Part shown: positions 51,181 to 64,000 of the stretch, one piece after another
Numbering within the stretch: the stretch's first letter is position 1
Layout: each line of letters begins with the position of its first letter
NCBI GenBank assembly: GCA_964187785.1
Contig: OZ076409.1
Location: forward strand, 86,120,001-86,184,000
DNA length: 64,000 bases
Direction of reading: 5' to 3'
DNA from: Amphiscolops sp. MND2022
Lineage: Eukaryota
Position numbers and translations under genes: made by a program
The notes under the pieces: model-generated
What the model was told of the DNA's origin: nothing
The model's database searches: none
What the model saw: the letters and a program-made list of their open reading frames with translations, nothing else

Positions 51181-53023
51181 ATACCATAAGGAGGAATGTT
51201 TTTAACTTCTGAAATTGGTTAAAAAGATCGAAGCATTAAAATTATGGATCCATGGCCAACAACCATTGGAACTCACTAAAAAGCTTTTTCACAATCGTGG
51301 CATAATTTAGGCAAGACTTCTTTAATTATGGACGATTGCACCAAAGGTCTCACGATTCCAAAAACTGAGTTTTCACCTACATTTTACAATTTTTTCTATG
51401 AAAAATGTGTTTTTTTTAAATTTCGGAGGACCAATAGTTGAATGTGTAATTGGGAAAAAAATTAAAGGTTTGACTCTTTCTAAAATGGAAGACAAATGAG
51501 AATTTTCACAACATTCTTTGGGAGCATTTGAGCATGCTTATAAAAAAGGCACAAATCTTTCAGTTGGAACAAATTCAATTTCTCTTCAATCGCCCTACAA
51601 AAAGGAAAGGGAGTTTTCCTTAGTCGCGTTTGCGGGGACACACGGGGCGCAATAGATCCCATCAGGTGGTGGAAATTTGGAAATTTCCTATTACGTAATT
51701 AGCATATTGCTTATGTCACCTCCACAGCCTTGGCATCAGGCGAATTTTAGCATATTTGACATTGAAATACAGAGGGTTTTGAATCGCTAATGACTCGGAT
51801 AAAGGAAAGAGAAGAAAAGGGAAAAGAGGCCTGAGGCAAACATGGAGAGAACTTGTGTTTGGATAGCAAGAGGTCCCTTAGGGGGTTGTTCAGTGATGCA
51901 TACTAATGGGAAAAAACGATTGGATTTTGTCTAATTTATGCGGAAATATTTTTAGAAAACATTATACCACCACTCTTTTTCTCAAGTATGAACGTCAAAG
52001 CGAAAGAAAGCGCTCGCAGTGCGACTGAGGCCCCACAAAGGAATAACAAAAACGAAACACATTACTGAATACTCGAACGACGCTTTCAAAGGAGAGCTTA
52101 TAGATGCCCAAATTGACAAGAAAACAAATCCTTTTTACAGCTTCGAAAATCTCATCAGAAGTCACCTGAGAATGCATTATCACAAAGTGTTATGAATATT
52201 TTAACGAAAAATGAAAATGACGCATTTTGTAAAACGCAGCTTGCACATCTAACACAAAGTCGCTTTCTTAAAAGCGACCATTATTGGAAAAACATCCAAC
52301 AAAATATCAAATTATCTATTTTTGCCTCGCAATTCTGGGAAAAATCCACGTCATCATTTTTTGCAAAAATTATCAAAGGTTATTAACCCATCAAAAAAGA
52401 ACCGCCTCGAACGAGTTCAAATCTCTGAGCTAGCTATTTGCAATGTCTTGCAGTCATAACGCTGACTCGAGGATTTGGGAGCTATGTATTATACACATGT
52501 CGAATATCATTCGTTTTGTAAAGGTTTCTTCTTGCAACAGAACATAGTGGTTGCTAAAAACGAATTATGGAAATTTTAAACACTGGGAGATACAATTATT
52601 TCATAGTTTAATCTCAGGTATTTTATTTTAACTTAGGATGATTTTTGTAAATGATTTTTGTAAATGATTTTTTTAAATGTAAATGATTTTTGGATTTCTA
52701 TTTACACGGTTATACAATGAGTTTTAATTTGCTTTTTATTGCTAGAGCGCGAGCTAGAGAAACGTAGTTTTAGGCCGTACGCTTAAGTTTAAGTAGTTGA
52801 AGAAGAGTATTATAGAAGTTTTTCCTCGGTTTTGCATTAGTTTTTTTCGTTTTCTGATTCCTTTTTCTCTTCTTTCTATTCCAACAGTTTCAGCCCTACC
52901 AAAGATTTGAAAGTGCTTGCCAACTAGCCAAGAGGTCATAAAACGGAGCTTCGAAGCAGGACCCAAATATCTTTTTCAAATCGATCTATGATCAAACAGT
53001 TTTCTTATAAAATGTGTTTGAAA

Positions 53024-53650
53024 AACAAGCCGGTAAAGGACTCAAGTCGACGCCCCGCTCAAGGATTAAAAATTGCAAAGTGTTTGAAATATTCAAGAGA
53101 CAACTATTGTAAAACTTTTCAATTATCATACACTGCTAAAAATACTCTAAAGGGTATAGAGTTGGTATAAATGGGTTTTCAAAAACAGCTTTTTCCTACA
53201 CTAGAAACACCAGAAAATCCATTTTTTAAAATTTTTCAAAAATTTTTCAACAATATTTCAATCCATTTTTTAACATTTTTTCAAGCAAATTCGCATAATG
53301 CCGAAAATCCAAAAGACTTTTTCGGCTCGCTGAACGCTTTTTCCGAACCAAAAACTTGAAAAAAACAGGGGGTACGATTTGAATAAATTGAAAACTTTCA
53401 AAAAATTTACAGATTGCCGAGAAAATCTAAGGAGTTCAAAAGATGTTGATCTCTACGATCTCGTTTAGTTTTGCAAAAATCAGATAAAAGTGTCCGTCCT
53501 GGGATTCGCAGCCTTGCAAGCGCACCCTTGCTTTTCAGGTACGCACTGATCCACAGTGCCACCGGGGCAACCTATAGAAATCTGTTAGTTGGCTGGTCTT
53601 AGAAAAACCACAACTATAGTAGACTTTTCTTACGAAAAGCGCCGACTTAA
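53024..53650 (+). mobile_element. Helentron/DINE-like element, diverged copy
   Basis: AACAAG..AAGTCGACGC start and AAAAGCGCCGACTTAA end. Confidence 0.55.
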
Positions 53651-55204
53651 TAGAAATTAGCGCTCATTATCCCAATTTTCGACGGTTTTTCCCAATTTGT
53701 CCATGTCTGGTTGGGAACGAACGAAGAGCGTCGAGTCATTTTTTTCACCCTTCGTAACTAAATTTCACAAATACAGCTTTCTGATTTCCCTTTAATTTAA
53801 AAAGAACAAAAAATTATAAAAATGGACACGTTGCAGGGTAAATGAAGAAAAAATAATTACCACTGTCAAATTCTTGCAATTTTTGTTTAAAAGCGCTGAC
53901 TAAAAATTGGCTGTAAGGGAACGTTTGGCATTTCATTGCAACTGTATCAAGTCTTCTTTTAAAAAGACGATGGTTGAAATCAAGGTTTTGTATCTTTTTA
54001 AATGGAACCATGTTAGTATTGTTGTTTTTCTGGGGAGGAAAATTACAATCTGTGTTGCGTTTTTCCCAAATTCTGCCAAACCTCCACGATCTCCATCCAC
54101 TTCAGATAGTTAAAATCTCGCCATCGCCTGACTTTTCTGAGAACGAGGAAAATATCCCGGTGTTTAGCGGGCGTCTTGTTTTCTGATAAAACGTATGTTA
54201 CGATTAAAATGCGCTATAACCGTATTATCGACGATAAAATTTTCAAAAATGAAGAATGGAAAAACTTTTGAAGATAGAACTATACTACTATAAGTTTCAA
54301 TATATATGAACTAGAGTTTCATGAAATCTTGTTGTTTGTTTCCTTTCATTTTCCTTTCACAAAATATAATTTTGTTTCCTTTAAACATGTGAGCCTTAAA
54401 GTTCCTCTACTTCTCCCAAAGGCGGCGTAATCAGTGACACTGAGGCTTCTCATTCAGAATCTGGTCGAGCTGACCTGGAAAAACATCATTCTCTTTTCTA
54501 AATTGATTTTTTTGCTCAGAATTTTTTCGAAATTTTTTTAATTCGCAAAAAAATGTAACACTTTTCATTTTCACTTTGCTTTTTCTTTTTTGCTGTCATA
54601 AGGAACAAAATTTCATTTTTAGCTGTGGTTTTGTAACATTTTCGTCGGTTCTACCTCTAACTTCACTCCAATTCATGTGCCACTTGGCCTGGAGGTTAAC
54701 GTACATTTCTCTGAGTGATATCGTCTGCGTGTAGGTGTGTTCGAATCACGCACTGGATGAACGATTTGTTGCCTTCAAAGGTACAGGAAAGACCAAAGGG
54801 TTCGCTTTTTCGCAATTTTTGGCATTATGCGACTTGTAACTAACTTCAATTGAGAGTACGCTTCTGATTTTTAGCAGAAACAAACGTTTTCTGAGCATAG
54901 AGGCCCCCCTCAAAGATTATCAGCACTGTTCAACTTATCGAAGAATTGTTTCGAGGAAATTTTTCACAATTTGTTTTTAGTTTTTGTGTTTCTTTGTTGA
55001 GCAAAACCAATTTTCGAGCCTTAAAGTTAATGTTCTTGGTAATTTTCAGTTCCTGTGTGACTGATGAGTTTTCCAAGAATTGTGGAAAAGACCTCTACGG
55101 TTTTTGACTGTGCTATTTGTTATGAAATTTGGTTTCGCGCTAGGGATTCGCTGGTTTGGTTTATCTGATGTTTCCTGTTTTTTTGAAACGCGTATTTCGA
55201 GATA

Positions 55205-55240
<36 letters not shown>

Positions 55241-58200
55241 TGAATTTATCAGGGGGATAGAACATAATTATCAAAAAGTGTAAATGAAATATATTTATAT
55301 ATAAACATACATACACATATACCACGCATATATATTGTTGAGATGTAGCCCCTGAAAAGGCTTCCCAAAAGCACTGAGGCTTTTCGAGAGGAAGCCTTTT
55401 GAAACAAAAAGTTTAAGTTTTCTTTTTTTTTCAGTTTTAAGTATGGTAGAGACTTGACAACTATTAATGAGTTTCTATTTATTTTACCTATAAATGAGAT
55501 CGATCAGTTCACCATTGCCAAAAATATAAAGATCTGAGATTTGGTGATAGAATGATTGAAATTTCGTTTCCTCCATATCACATATAGTATTATCACAAGG
55601 TAATACTCCCCATTTGCGCAAAGCATTTATTAGTACTATTGCACGAGAGTCTAGTCTATCGTTTTTTCCAGTGAAGTTCCAAATATTTTGATTTCTGTTT
55701 CTTGTCTGTCTGTTTTGGGTCCCAATATTCAAATTTTTGAAACCATTTCTAATTTGGTTAAGTGAAAACTTGAGAATTTCGTAGATGTGGTATTCGAAAA
55801 CTGTTGCTATTTTTAGCTCCTTGAATTTTTCTATAACACTTGCTCTGGGTGGAAGCCGTAAGGCTATTCTAACTAATTTTTTTGGACTAATAATACTTTT
55901 TGCAGCCTCGTTTTCGGCCCTAATCCGTACAGAAGAATGCCATATTGAACAATCGGCGATATATATGAACGAATATATTGTACTAATTGTCTTTTGTTCA
56001 ATGTTTCTCTTAATCTGTAAAGTACACCACTATGACGTACAAGTTTTGCAATAACATTGTTAATGTGTATTTCGAAATTCAATTTTTTATCAAAATGTAT
56101 GCCCAAGTATTTGTAGCTTACACAGGACGAGATTTCATGATCCTCAATCATTATGTTTGGATAATTCTTTGATTTCTTCTCGAATACGACAAACTTTGTT
56201 TTCGTGTAATTACAATCAATGCTATTTATCCTCATCCAATTTCGAAGCAAATGTTTATCCTCAAATTCAGAGTTTATTTTCTCGATCATAACTGTATCAT
56301 CAGCGTATTTTATGATTTTGCTCTGTCAATTTTCATCAGCACCAAGGTCATTTATGTAGACAAGAAACAAAAGTGGGCCCAAATTTGACACCTGTGGAAC
56401 TCCACGTTTTAGTGATTTCATGGTTGAACATTTATCTTCAATTTTTACGTACTGAAACCTATTTGCCAAATAGTTTGTCAATAGTTTATGTGGAATCCCC
56501 CGGATACCGATATGGAACAACTTGTTTAACAAAACATCATGGTCAACTAAGTCAAATGCTTTCCTGAAGTCGACAAAGATGCAGTTAGATTTAACTTTGG
56601 ACTCAAAATTTGCTTCTGTTATTTTATATAGCGAGGTTGCTGCTTGAACAGAATCTTTCTTTCTCCTAAAACCATATTGATCTTTTGAAAGGATTGTAAA
56701 TTTTTCGAGATAGTTCATCAATCTTTTATGGATCACCTTCTCAAATATTTTCGATAAATTACCTAAAATTGAGATTGGTCGGTAATTGGAGGCGAGATTT
56801 TTATCGCCAGTTTTAAAAATTGGTACAACTTTAGCAATTTTCATACATTGAGGGAAAACGCCTTCAAAAATGCATTTATTGATAGCCTTTTTAATATATG
56901 GACTAACAATTTTTGCAGCTTTCTTCAAAATTCTGACATCTATGCCATCTATTCCAACAGATTTTTTGTTTTTCAATCTTGCAATAATTTTCAAAATCTC
57001 ATCATCAGTAACTGAAGCAACGAACATCGATTGCGGTTGATCAACTTGCTGGCTTTTCCATTGGTGAGCTAAGTCAGTGGTTTGCGTGTCACAAGCAGTT
57101 ATAAAGTAGTTATTGAAATCATCAACAGACAGCTCACTACTTACTTTCATTTGGGTGTCAGTTCCCTTCATTTTTGTTATGTATCTGAATAATTCTTTTG
57201 GCTTATTCTGTTCAATTTTGCTTTGAACTTCATTGCGTTTTGCTAATTTTATTTCCATGTTGACTTGATTCCTTTTGTATTTCTCATGATCTTCCATCGT
57301 TTTTGTTTTTATCCATACCTGGTACAGTTTGTCTCTAATGGCTATGTGTCTTTTGATTATTTGTTATCCATAATTTTTTGGGAGCTTGTCTTTTCATTTG
57401 TTTGAGAGAGAAATATTTATCGATTGACTCTTTTATTATTTGTGCAATATTATCAAAATACGTTTCAGCTTGTTTATCGTGTTCGGAGATTTTACCCAAA
57501 GGGTGGCTTAGAAAAAAAGGAACTTTTCACAATAAAGTTAACGGCCAATTTTTTCAGAGGTCTAAACTCAAAGATGTTTTCGATTACCTCATAGTGTAGA
57601 TTCATATCCACTTTCAAACTATAGTGATCAGAGAAAGTAGTTTTTTCAATCTGGGATCTTTGAATAGGAATATTACTGTATATCGAGTCTATACAAGTGT
57701 ACTGGTTGTAGCCGTTTCTCTAGTAGGTTCTCTCAAACTAACTAAATCAAGTCCTTGTGAGTTCATTAAGTTTTCAAACATCACACGCGTTGACAGGTTC
57801 TCGTTCAATAGGTCTATATTAAAGTCTCCACAGACTATTTGTAGACCATCATCATTCCTGTCCAGTACTTCTTCAACATGCTCTAAATACTGACTCCTAT
57901 TTCTGGAGGGTTCACAATAAAAACAAGAAACTATGATTTTCTTATTTTTGGAGTCTCTGATTTTTACGGATATTGACTCGTAATTCTCGTCTGTTTGTAA
58001 TAGTTCTGCCTCCAGATTTATTGATACATAAAGTGCTACTCCACCACCTCGTTTTTTAGTCCTAGTACTGGCAAATGGTTGGTGGTAACCTTCAAGCTTA
58101 AATAATTCTTCATTTTCTTTTTTGAACCACGTTTCAGTTAGTGCGATAACCGAAGGTTTTGATTCAGCTATCAAAATTTCGAGATTATGTAAGTTTGCTG

Positions 58201-58300
58201 ATACTGATCTTATATTATTATAGAAGATTGTCAACCCCTCTACCACACCTTTTTCTTTTGCGATCTTTTCGTCATAAATGGTCATACCGTTAAGTAATTT
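55205..58300 (-). mobile_element. CR1/L2-group LINE, decayed ORF2 (APE + RT), probably 5' truncated
   Basis: APE YNNIRS, LTETW, RGGGVALY, GDFNID; RT NYRPISIL, DFRKAFD, GVPQ, KYADD (just after an in-frame stop), KYLG; 3' (ATT)12 tail at 55205-55240. Confidence 0.92.
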
Positions 58301-60555
58301 GTGGCACTGTGAAAAGTCACAATTTCTGGTTTTTGTGATATTAGCATATAAGAAGTCTTTTATTCACCCTAAAAGGCCTCCTTGGAATTTTTCTGTTGAA
58401 ACGTTATACGGAAAATATCGCAGAACCAATACGCCTGTTAATGATGCTTACAGTTTTTAAAAAGCCTTTTAGAGCTCAAAGTGGTCCCTCCTCGAACATT
58501 TTCTGGCACTATGAGCTTTAGAAAAAGTTCACGAGAAAGTTCCCTAAAGGATTTTGACTCTTCAGCAGGGCGCCAACTTGTGCTGTTTCTTCCTTGTTTT
58601 CTGTTGTTGGCGAATTGTTTACGCGAGATAAGAAAAATTTTCATGAAGCAAAAATTCGGAAATTTTGAAAAAAAATGAGTACGAAGTAGCACGGTGGTGG
58701 AGATGTAAGTCTCCCAGGCACAATGTAGGGAATGCCATTCCATGCTTATGCCTGTGTTTTTCCAATTTTCATCTTGGCATTGCCACTCGCATTGACCTGT
58801 CCAAAACTTGACGCGTCTGAACAACTCTTAGGAATCCTTGGAAGTCTTTGACTTTTATCAGTACTCGAGAGCTCCATTTCAATTTTGTTTAGGAAAACTG
58901 GAGGAGACTATACTTATTTTTTACATAAACTTGAAGTTCAATTATTCCTACACAACTTATTCTTCAATATGGTGCTATTGCTATGAAGAGCATTTATCCA
59001 AAAAGACGTTGGCCTAAACATGCAAACATGGTTTTTGGGCGTCCACCCCACAACATTGCAAATTGAACCTAATCTCTAACAAAAATTTGTAGCAATATTA
59101 CCATTGATTATTGATTTTGAAGTGTATAATTGTCATCTGCGTTGAGGGGGCAAGAAAACTAGGCAAAGTTGGATGGGCGAGTAAGAGACATGATCCTCAA
59201 CATCTAATACAGATTCGCTTATTCGTCACTGCTATCATGACATGCGAAAGATATTTTGTACAGGAACTATCAGATGATATATTGTGTCGGTATCAGGTTC
59301 GAACCTCGTTCAAGTCATCATTGTTGTGGTGCTGTAAGCAAGTTCTTCATACTTAGCTTATTGGTATAGTCAGTGACAAAAATAACGCATTTGACGGAGA
59401 AAAGAAAAATAAAAAAGAGCAACTGTGAGCAGTTAGACTTTTGTGACCTTCAGCAAGTCTCTTTGAAACCACACCTTCAAGCCGACCGTTGTTTCACCAT
59501 ATGGCTCCAAACATGGAACCATAACTTGTGATGGGAGATGATTTTCGAAAGAGGCGCCGATTCTAAAAAGCAGAACTGTTTATTTGGCGTCCAACCCGCG
59601 GATTCAAGGGAATTGAACTTTTCTTTCTTCTTTTTATTTTGCATATAATTTTCATATACAAAATACAATATACTAGGGAAAGTCATGTCGCCAAAAAGTT
59701 ATCCGGCCAGCGCCGAATGGCGCCAAAAATATGAATTAATGATGCCGAAAAGCAGGTAGTACAAACATCAATTGCGTAAACATTTTGCTTCAGTTTAAAA
59801 CACTCAGTGGAAAAAAAACAGATTGATTTTGAAAACAGTCTTTATTTTAGCCGGCTACATTTCCCTACAGACAAAATTGAGTGTCCAAATGCGACAGTTA
59901 AACATTTAGAGCAGTGTTTGAATTAAGCTGACACAATGATTTGTGACGCAAATCACTATCCCTGTTTAGGAGTATGACGCAACTTTGTGGGACACAACTC
60001 TGAGTCCTTATTAGGAGCATATGTAACAATAATCGAAGTGCACTTTTGTAGATGTCATTGGAAAAGTAAGAACTTGTTACGTCATGTGAAGGCATGTATT
60101 TTCTGAACACTTCGAGTGCCGTCTGTCTTTTTCTACCAAGAGTTTTCGTCAGGACAAGGCTGAATGGTCTACATTTGTGATACAATAAACATTTATTTCG
60201 CGGAAAAAGCATGCATTTTAGTGGGAAAATCATTTTATAAATTCGTGTGAAGAAAAAAAAACGGGATGCTATCTACCAAATTGTTATCACAACATTATAA
60301 TTATGCGTGTTGTCTAAACAGCGCCGGAGACAACTTGCTATTGCGTAAGCTAGCAGCTACGTTTAAAAACTCCAAATGCTCAAATAGAATCCAAGTAAAG
60401 AAGACAGAGCGCTTGACAATAAGTTGTCCCCATATGATGATTTTATCCAGGTTTACATGTCATGGCTTTCCATCTATGATACCACCATGATTCATAGATT
60501 CACCCAGAAACTGATTCCATGATCGTAAAAAGAATTCCATGACTAATGGATGATC

Positions 60556-61125
60556 ACGGATGAAATGCTATTACGTCATGGATGATCATGGTTGGAAACG
60601 CCTAGTTCAACATTCTGTTGTGAATCTTTTTCATTGAGTTACAAATTTGAAACGGATTAATTCTTCATTTGTTAACCCAGTGAGAAATCTTTTCAAATTC
60701 TTGATAAGAATCTTCATTTTCTTGGTAAGAATCTGGGCAAAATTCTTATGAAAGGCGCCAAGAATATGTACAATCTTGCAAGATTTTGCCAAGAATTCGA
60801 GAGGAAAACTGACAAAAGTGGATAAAAACAAACAAAATTAGACGGATGAAATGCTATTACGTCATGGATGATCATGGTTGGAAACGCCTAGTTCAACATT
60901 CTGTTGTGAATCTTTTTCATTGAGTTACACGTTTGAAACGGATTAATTCTTCATTTGTTAACCCAGTGAGAAATCTTTTCAAATTCTTGATAAGAATCTT
61001 CATTTTCTTGGTAAGAATCTGGGCAAAATTCTTATGAAAGGCGCCAAGAATATGTACAATCTTGCAAGATTTTGCCAAGAATTCGAGAGGAAAACTGACA
61101 AAAGTGGATAAAAACAAACAAAAAC
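60556..61125. repeat. Direct tandem duplication, 286-bp unit
   Basis: ACGGATGAAATGCTATTACG starts at 60556 and 60842; the units differ at about 2 nt (ACAAAT vs ACACGT). Confidence 0.95.
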
Positions 61126-61888
61126 AGACGCCAACGGCGGCTTGATCAGCGTACCTATTATACCGCAGCTGTTCGCGCTACCAACCAAACTATCACGTTC
61201 TGGAATTCAATAATTTGTGTTGTCCTACAGCCAATACTTCAAAGAATGATGGTGTAGCTGGTAGTGTGAACAATAGCAAAATAATTGTATACAAAATTGT
61301 TGTTTATTTTACAAGTTCATTCATTTTCTTGACACTCTTGATAAGACTCTTACCAAGATTCCTATCAGGAATTTTAAGATGTTTTGGTAAAGTAAGAATA
61401 AACAAGATCTTATCAAGGCTTTCAAGAGTAAACGGGAATATGTAAGAATATGCAATATCTTTTTAAGAGTTTCAAGATATTCTGCACTGGGAATGTATTT
61501 GTGATCCTCTTTTAACTTCACTATAAAAAGATTTTCCTAAATCTTGAAAATTCGTATTTTCTTTGAATGGGCGAAGTGAAACTCATAGTTCAGCATCTAA
61601 AATTAAACATTTTGTAACTAAGGAAAGACTCGAAATTTCAATTTTGTGACCATTTTCGGGACATTTGAATTTGAGTTTTGCTATTTCGGACAATGTAGCT
61701 GTGATATTTTGGAATGCTACTGTATATGCTACGATTTAAAATGGGGTATTAAGTCCATTGTAACCAATTGTTATTTTCCGCCCGAGTTCAATGGGGGAGG
61801 AAAATCATAATCTGTGTTGCTTTTTTCCAAATTCTGCCAAATCTTCACTTTATTATTCCGATTAGTAAACACTAATTTGAATATTCTA

Positions 61889-62009
61889 GTCACCATGGCG
61901 CAGTTGGTAGTGCATCTGCCCGGTAGACACGTGGTCGTGTGTTCGAATCCGTGCTGATGCGTTACATTTTTGGCGGAAAATATTCCGGTGCTGAGCTGGC
62001 GTCTTGTTC
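61889..62009 (+). repeat. tRNA-derived (SINE-like) head within a dispersed repeat
   Basis: A-box TGGCGCAGTTGG (61896-61907), B-box GTTCGAATCC (61941-61950), no proper acceptor stem; tail GGAAAATAT..GCGTCTTGTT shared with about 14705-14743, 49765-49800 and 54148-54182. Confidence 0.6.
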
Positions 62010-63332
62010 AAGTATTTATCCTAACAAACATCCAAGCGTGTTAGAAAAATCCAATCACTGAGTAACTCGGTTTTTGTCATTATTTTGATAACACTTCATC
62101 AGATAGCGGACATGTTGTCATTTCTCTTTTGAATGCGTGTCTGAAAATTAACAACTCAGCGGTGTATTTAGTCTGTGCTTTTTGTACCAAAAGATGCTCG
62201 ACTCTTACAGTGGCAAGTTTTTGTAAGACCACAGACCTCACACTGAACGGTCCATCTTCAACAGTCTTTAAGCCTAAGCTCTAAAGTATACCAGAGAAGG
62301 CAAAAGGGTACTCTGTCTGATGTACCTATGAGTGTCTCATTGTTTTACCATATACTCGAAACTGTGGTACTGAAAATCTCCTTAGGGTTTTTTCGGCACT
62401 GAGAGACTTTTGAAATTTTGAAATTCTAACTAAAGTGTCACCCCTTCGCGTTTTCATGCTTCCAATTAGGACAATGTGTTTCAAGAGCGTAAAGGGACAG
62501 CCGTCAAGTGTTTCGGTGCAGTGCAATTTTTTATGAAAGAATATTGAAATATTCTTACACTTTACTTTTGAGAATTTCCTTAAAGCTACGCCTTGAAATA
62601 TTTTATCCACTTTGCGCTTCTTGAGCCTGAGTCTGGTTTACTATTACTGTATTTTCATTATAGCCGACAATAACCAGTATGTTTTTGTATGGGAGGGAAA
62701 TCCGAGTTCAACCCATTTTTTTCCATTTTAAACAAAAAAAATGTTCTCATAAAATTATTCCACAAGTGCTGTACCAAAAATAAACCGGAAGAAGAAACAA
62801 ACAAAATGAGCAATCTGGTCTGAGTCTTATTGTCTTTATACTATGATGGTACAATTTTGAAGATTAAACATTTTAATTATTTTTTTCAACCGAAAAAAAA
62901 TAGGCCTGAAATGGTTTTTCGAAGTCTTTCAAAATATTTTGAAGTAATAAAATTACTTGAGCATATTGCTTGATTTTTTGAGAACATGAATCGCTAGGCT
63001 TATGGTACAGTATATCAAACGATGACTTTAATCGAAAGGTTTGTACGTTTTTTTTATTTGGCCTTCTGTTCTCCCGAGTTTTGGGGATAGCTTCTCCTGG
63101 AAATTAATAATTTTGTCAAATGCCGACAATAGAGAATTTTTTTTCTGGAAAATCAAGAAAACTTGAAAATCTTGTAGAAAACTTACCTACATCCTCGCGT
63201 CATTGTCGGGCATGATATGCGATGTCTCAAGATCCTGTCAGTATTTTGGCAAGATCCACGAGATGCTGTCTTTTATATCCTTACTACCGCCTAGTAGTGT
63301 TGAAGAAATGACAACTGAGCAAATTGGCTAAC

Positions 63333-63965
63333 CTCTGACAATTCTGTTTTCTCGATGATAACCTCCAGAGATGCGACGAAGAACTCGTCGCAGATGATAG
63401 CTAATGCAACGAAGGCGTAGAGGGTGCCCAAAACGTAAAAAGGTATAAAAAATCTTTGGGCTGTGAGCGACCAGTTGCGGACGAGCTCGGGTGGGTAGGT
63501 CTTGTTGCCCCAAACATCTGGGTCTGAACAACTTCCGTTGTCCCCTGAGTTGACTTCTTCCTCAGAAAAAAGTGTTCTTGAGTTGTAATGAACAGCATGT
63601 ATTTGGTTAAAGTCTGTTGCGACATTGTCACTTGAAGACCCAAAAATAGATGGCAGAAAATTCGAAAATGAAAATAAAGAAAATATACAATTGCTGCTGC
63701 TAGATGGCGCTGTATCTGAGAGTTGTTTGCTTCGGACCTTGTTTTTCTGATCGTATAAAATATTGTCAAGGTATGGCGATGACTTTTGAGATAAACCTGA
63801 CTGCAAGGGCTCGAAATCGACCCGTTTTGTTGACAGGTTTGAAGGCTGTAGATATGTGATAAGGACAAAAAATAACGAAGATAGAACGAAACCCACGGTG
63901 AATACGTACAAAGGATCGTGGTGTAATGCTCGTTTTCTTGTCTTGAAGTTGTTTCTTCGTAACAT
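63333..63965 (-). CDS. SLC24A: SLC24/NCKX first coding exon seen
   Basis: ATG at 63965 (frame open to the window edge); N-terminal hydrophobic segment; YPPEL and YVLGTLYAFVALAIICDEFFVASLEVIIEK; donor GAG|gttagc in phase with the 50848 exon (SE|DVAG). Confidence 0.92.
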
Positions 63966-64000
63966 TGTTCCGATTGTTTCCAAAAGGTATGTTTGCCTGT

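Noticed and set aside
58438..58824. LINE ORF1
   Set aside because: No RRM, zinc knuckle or esterase motif visible; the LINE 5' boundary is unresolved.
61889..61965. Functional tRNA gene
   Set aside because: A and B boxes are present but no complete cloverleaf; embedded in a dispersed repeat. The same applies near 14650 and 54685.
63328..63868. Overlapping minus-strand ORFs of 155 and 67 aa
   Set aside because: Alternative frames of the SLC24 exon.

Overview
AT-rich, repeat-dense eukaryotic (animal-like) DNA; the species cannot be named from the sequence. A minus-strand SLC24/NCKX (K+-dependent Na+/Ca2+ exchanger) gene spans the window, with short exons at about 63.3-64.0, 50.7-50.8, 31.3-31.6 and 21.0-21.1 kb separated by 10-19 kb TE-filled introns. 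Its 3' half is not in the window. Bases 1-11045 hold a plus-strand Ty3/Gypsy LTR element with retrovirus-like organisation: gag (2 CCHC knuckles), a -1 frameshift site, pol (PR-RT-RNaseH-macrodomain-IN), a class I fusion env, a fourth ORF, PPT and 3' LTR. Two cargo domains stand out. One is a TARG1/OARD1-type ADP-ribosylhydrolase macrodomain in-frame inside pol. The other is a DnaJ J-domain (HPD) at 9886-10107, in a frame the ORF track misses; a predicted splice across the env stop codon would put it on the Env cytoplasmic tail. This copy carries five single-base frameshifts. The remainder contains a DD35D pogo transposon nested in a MITE, a decayed CR1/L2-type LINE, a hAT deletion derivative with an 8-bp TSD, many MITEs, Helentron/DINE-like elements with tRNA-like boxes, two long palindromes and tandem duplications.
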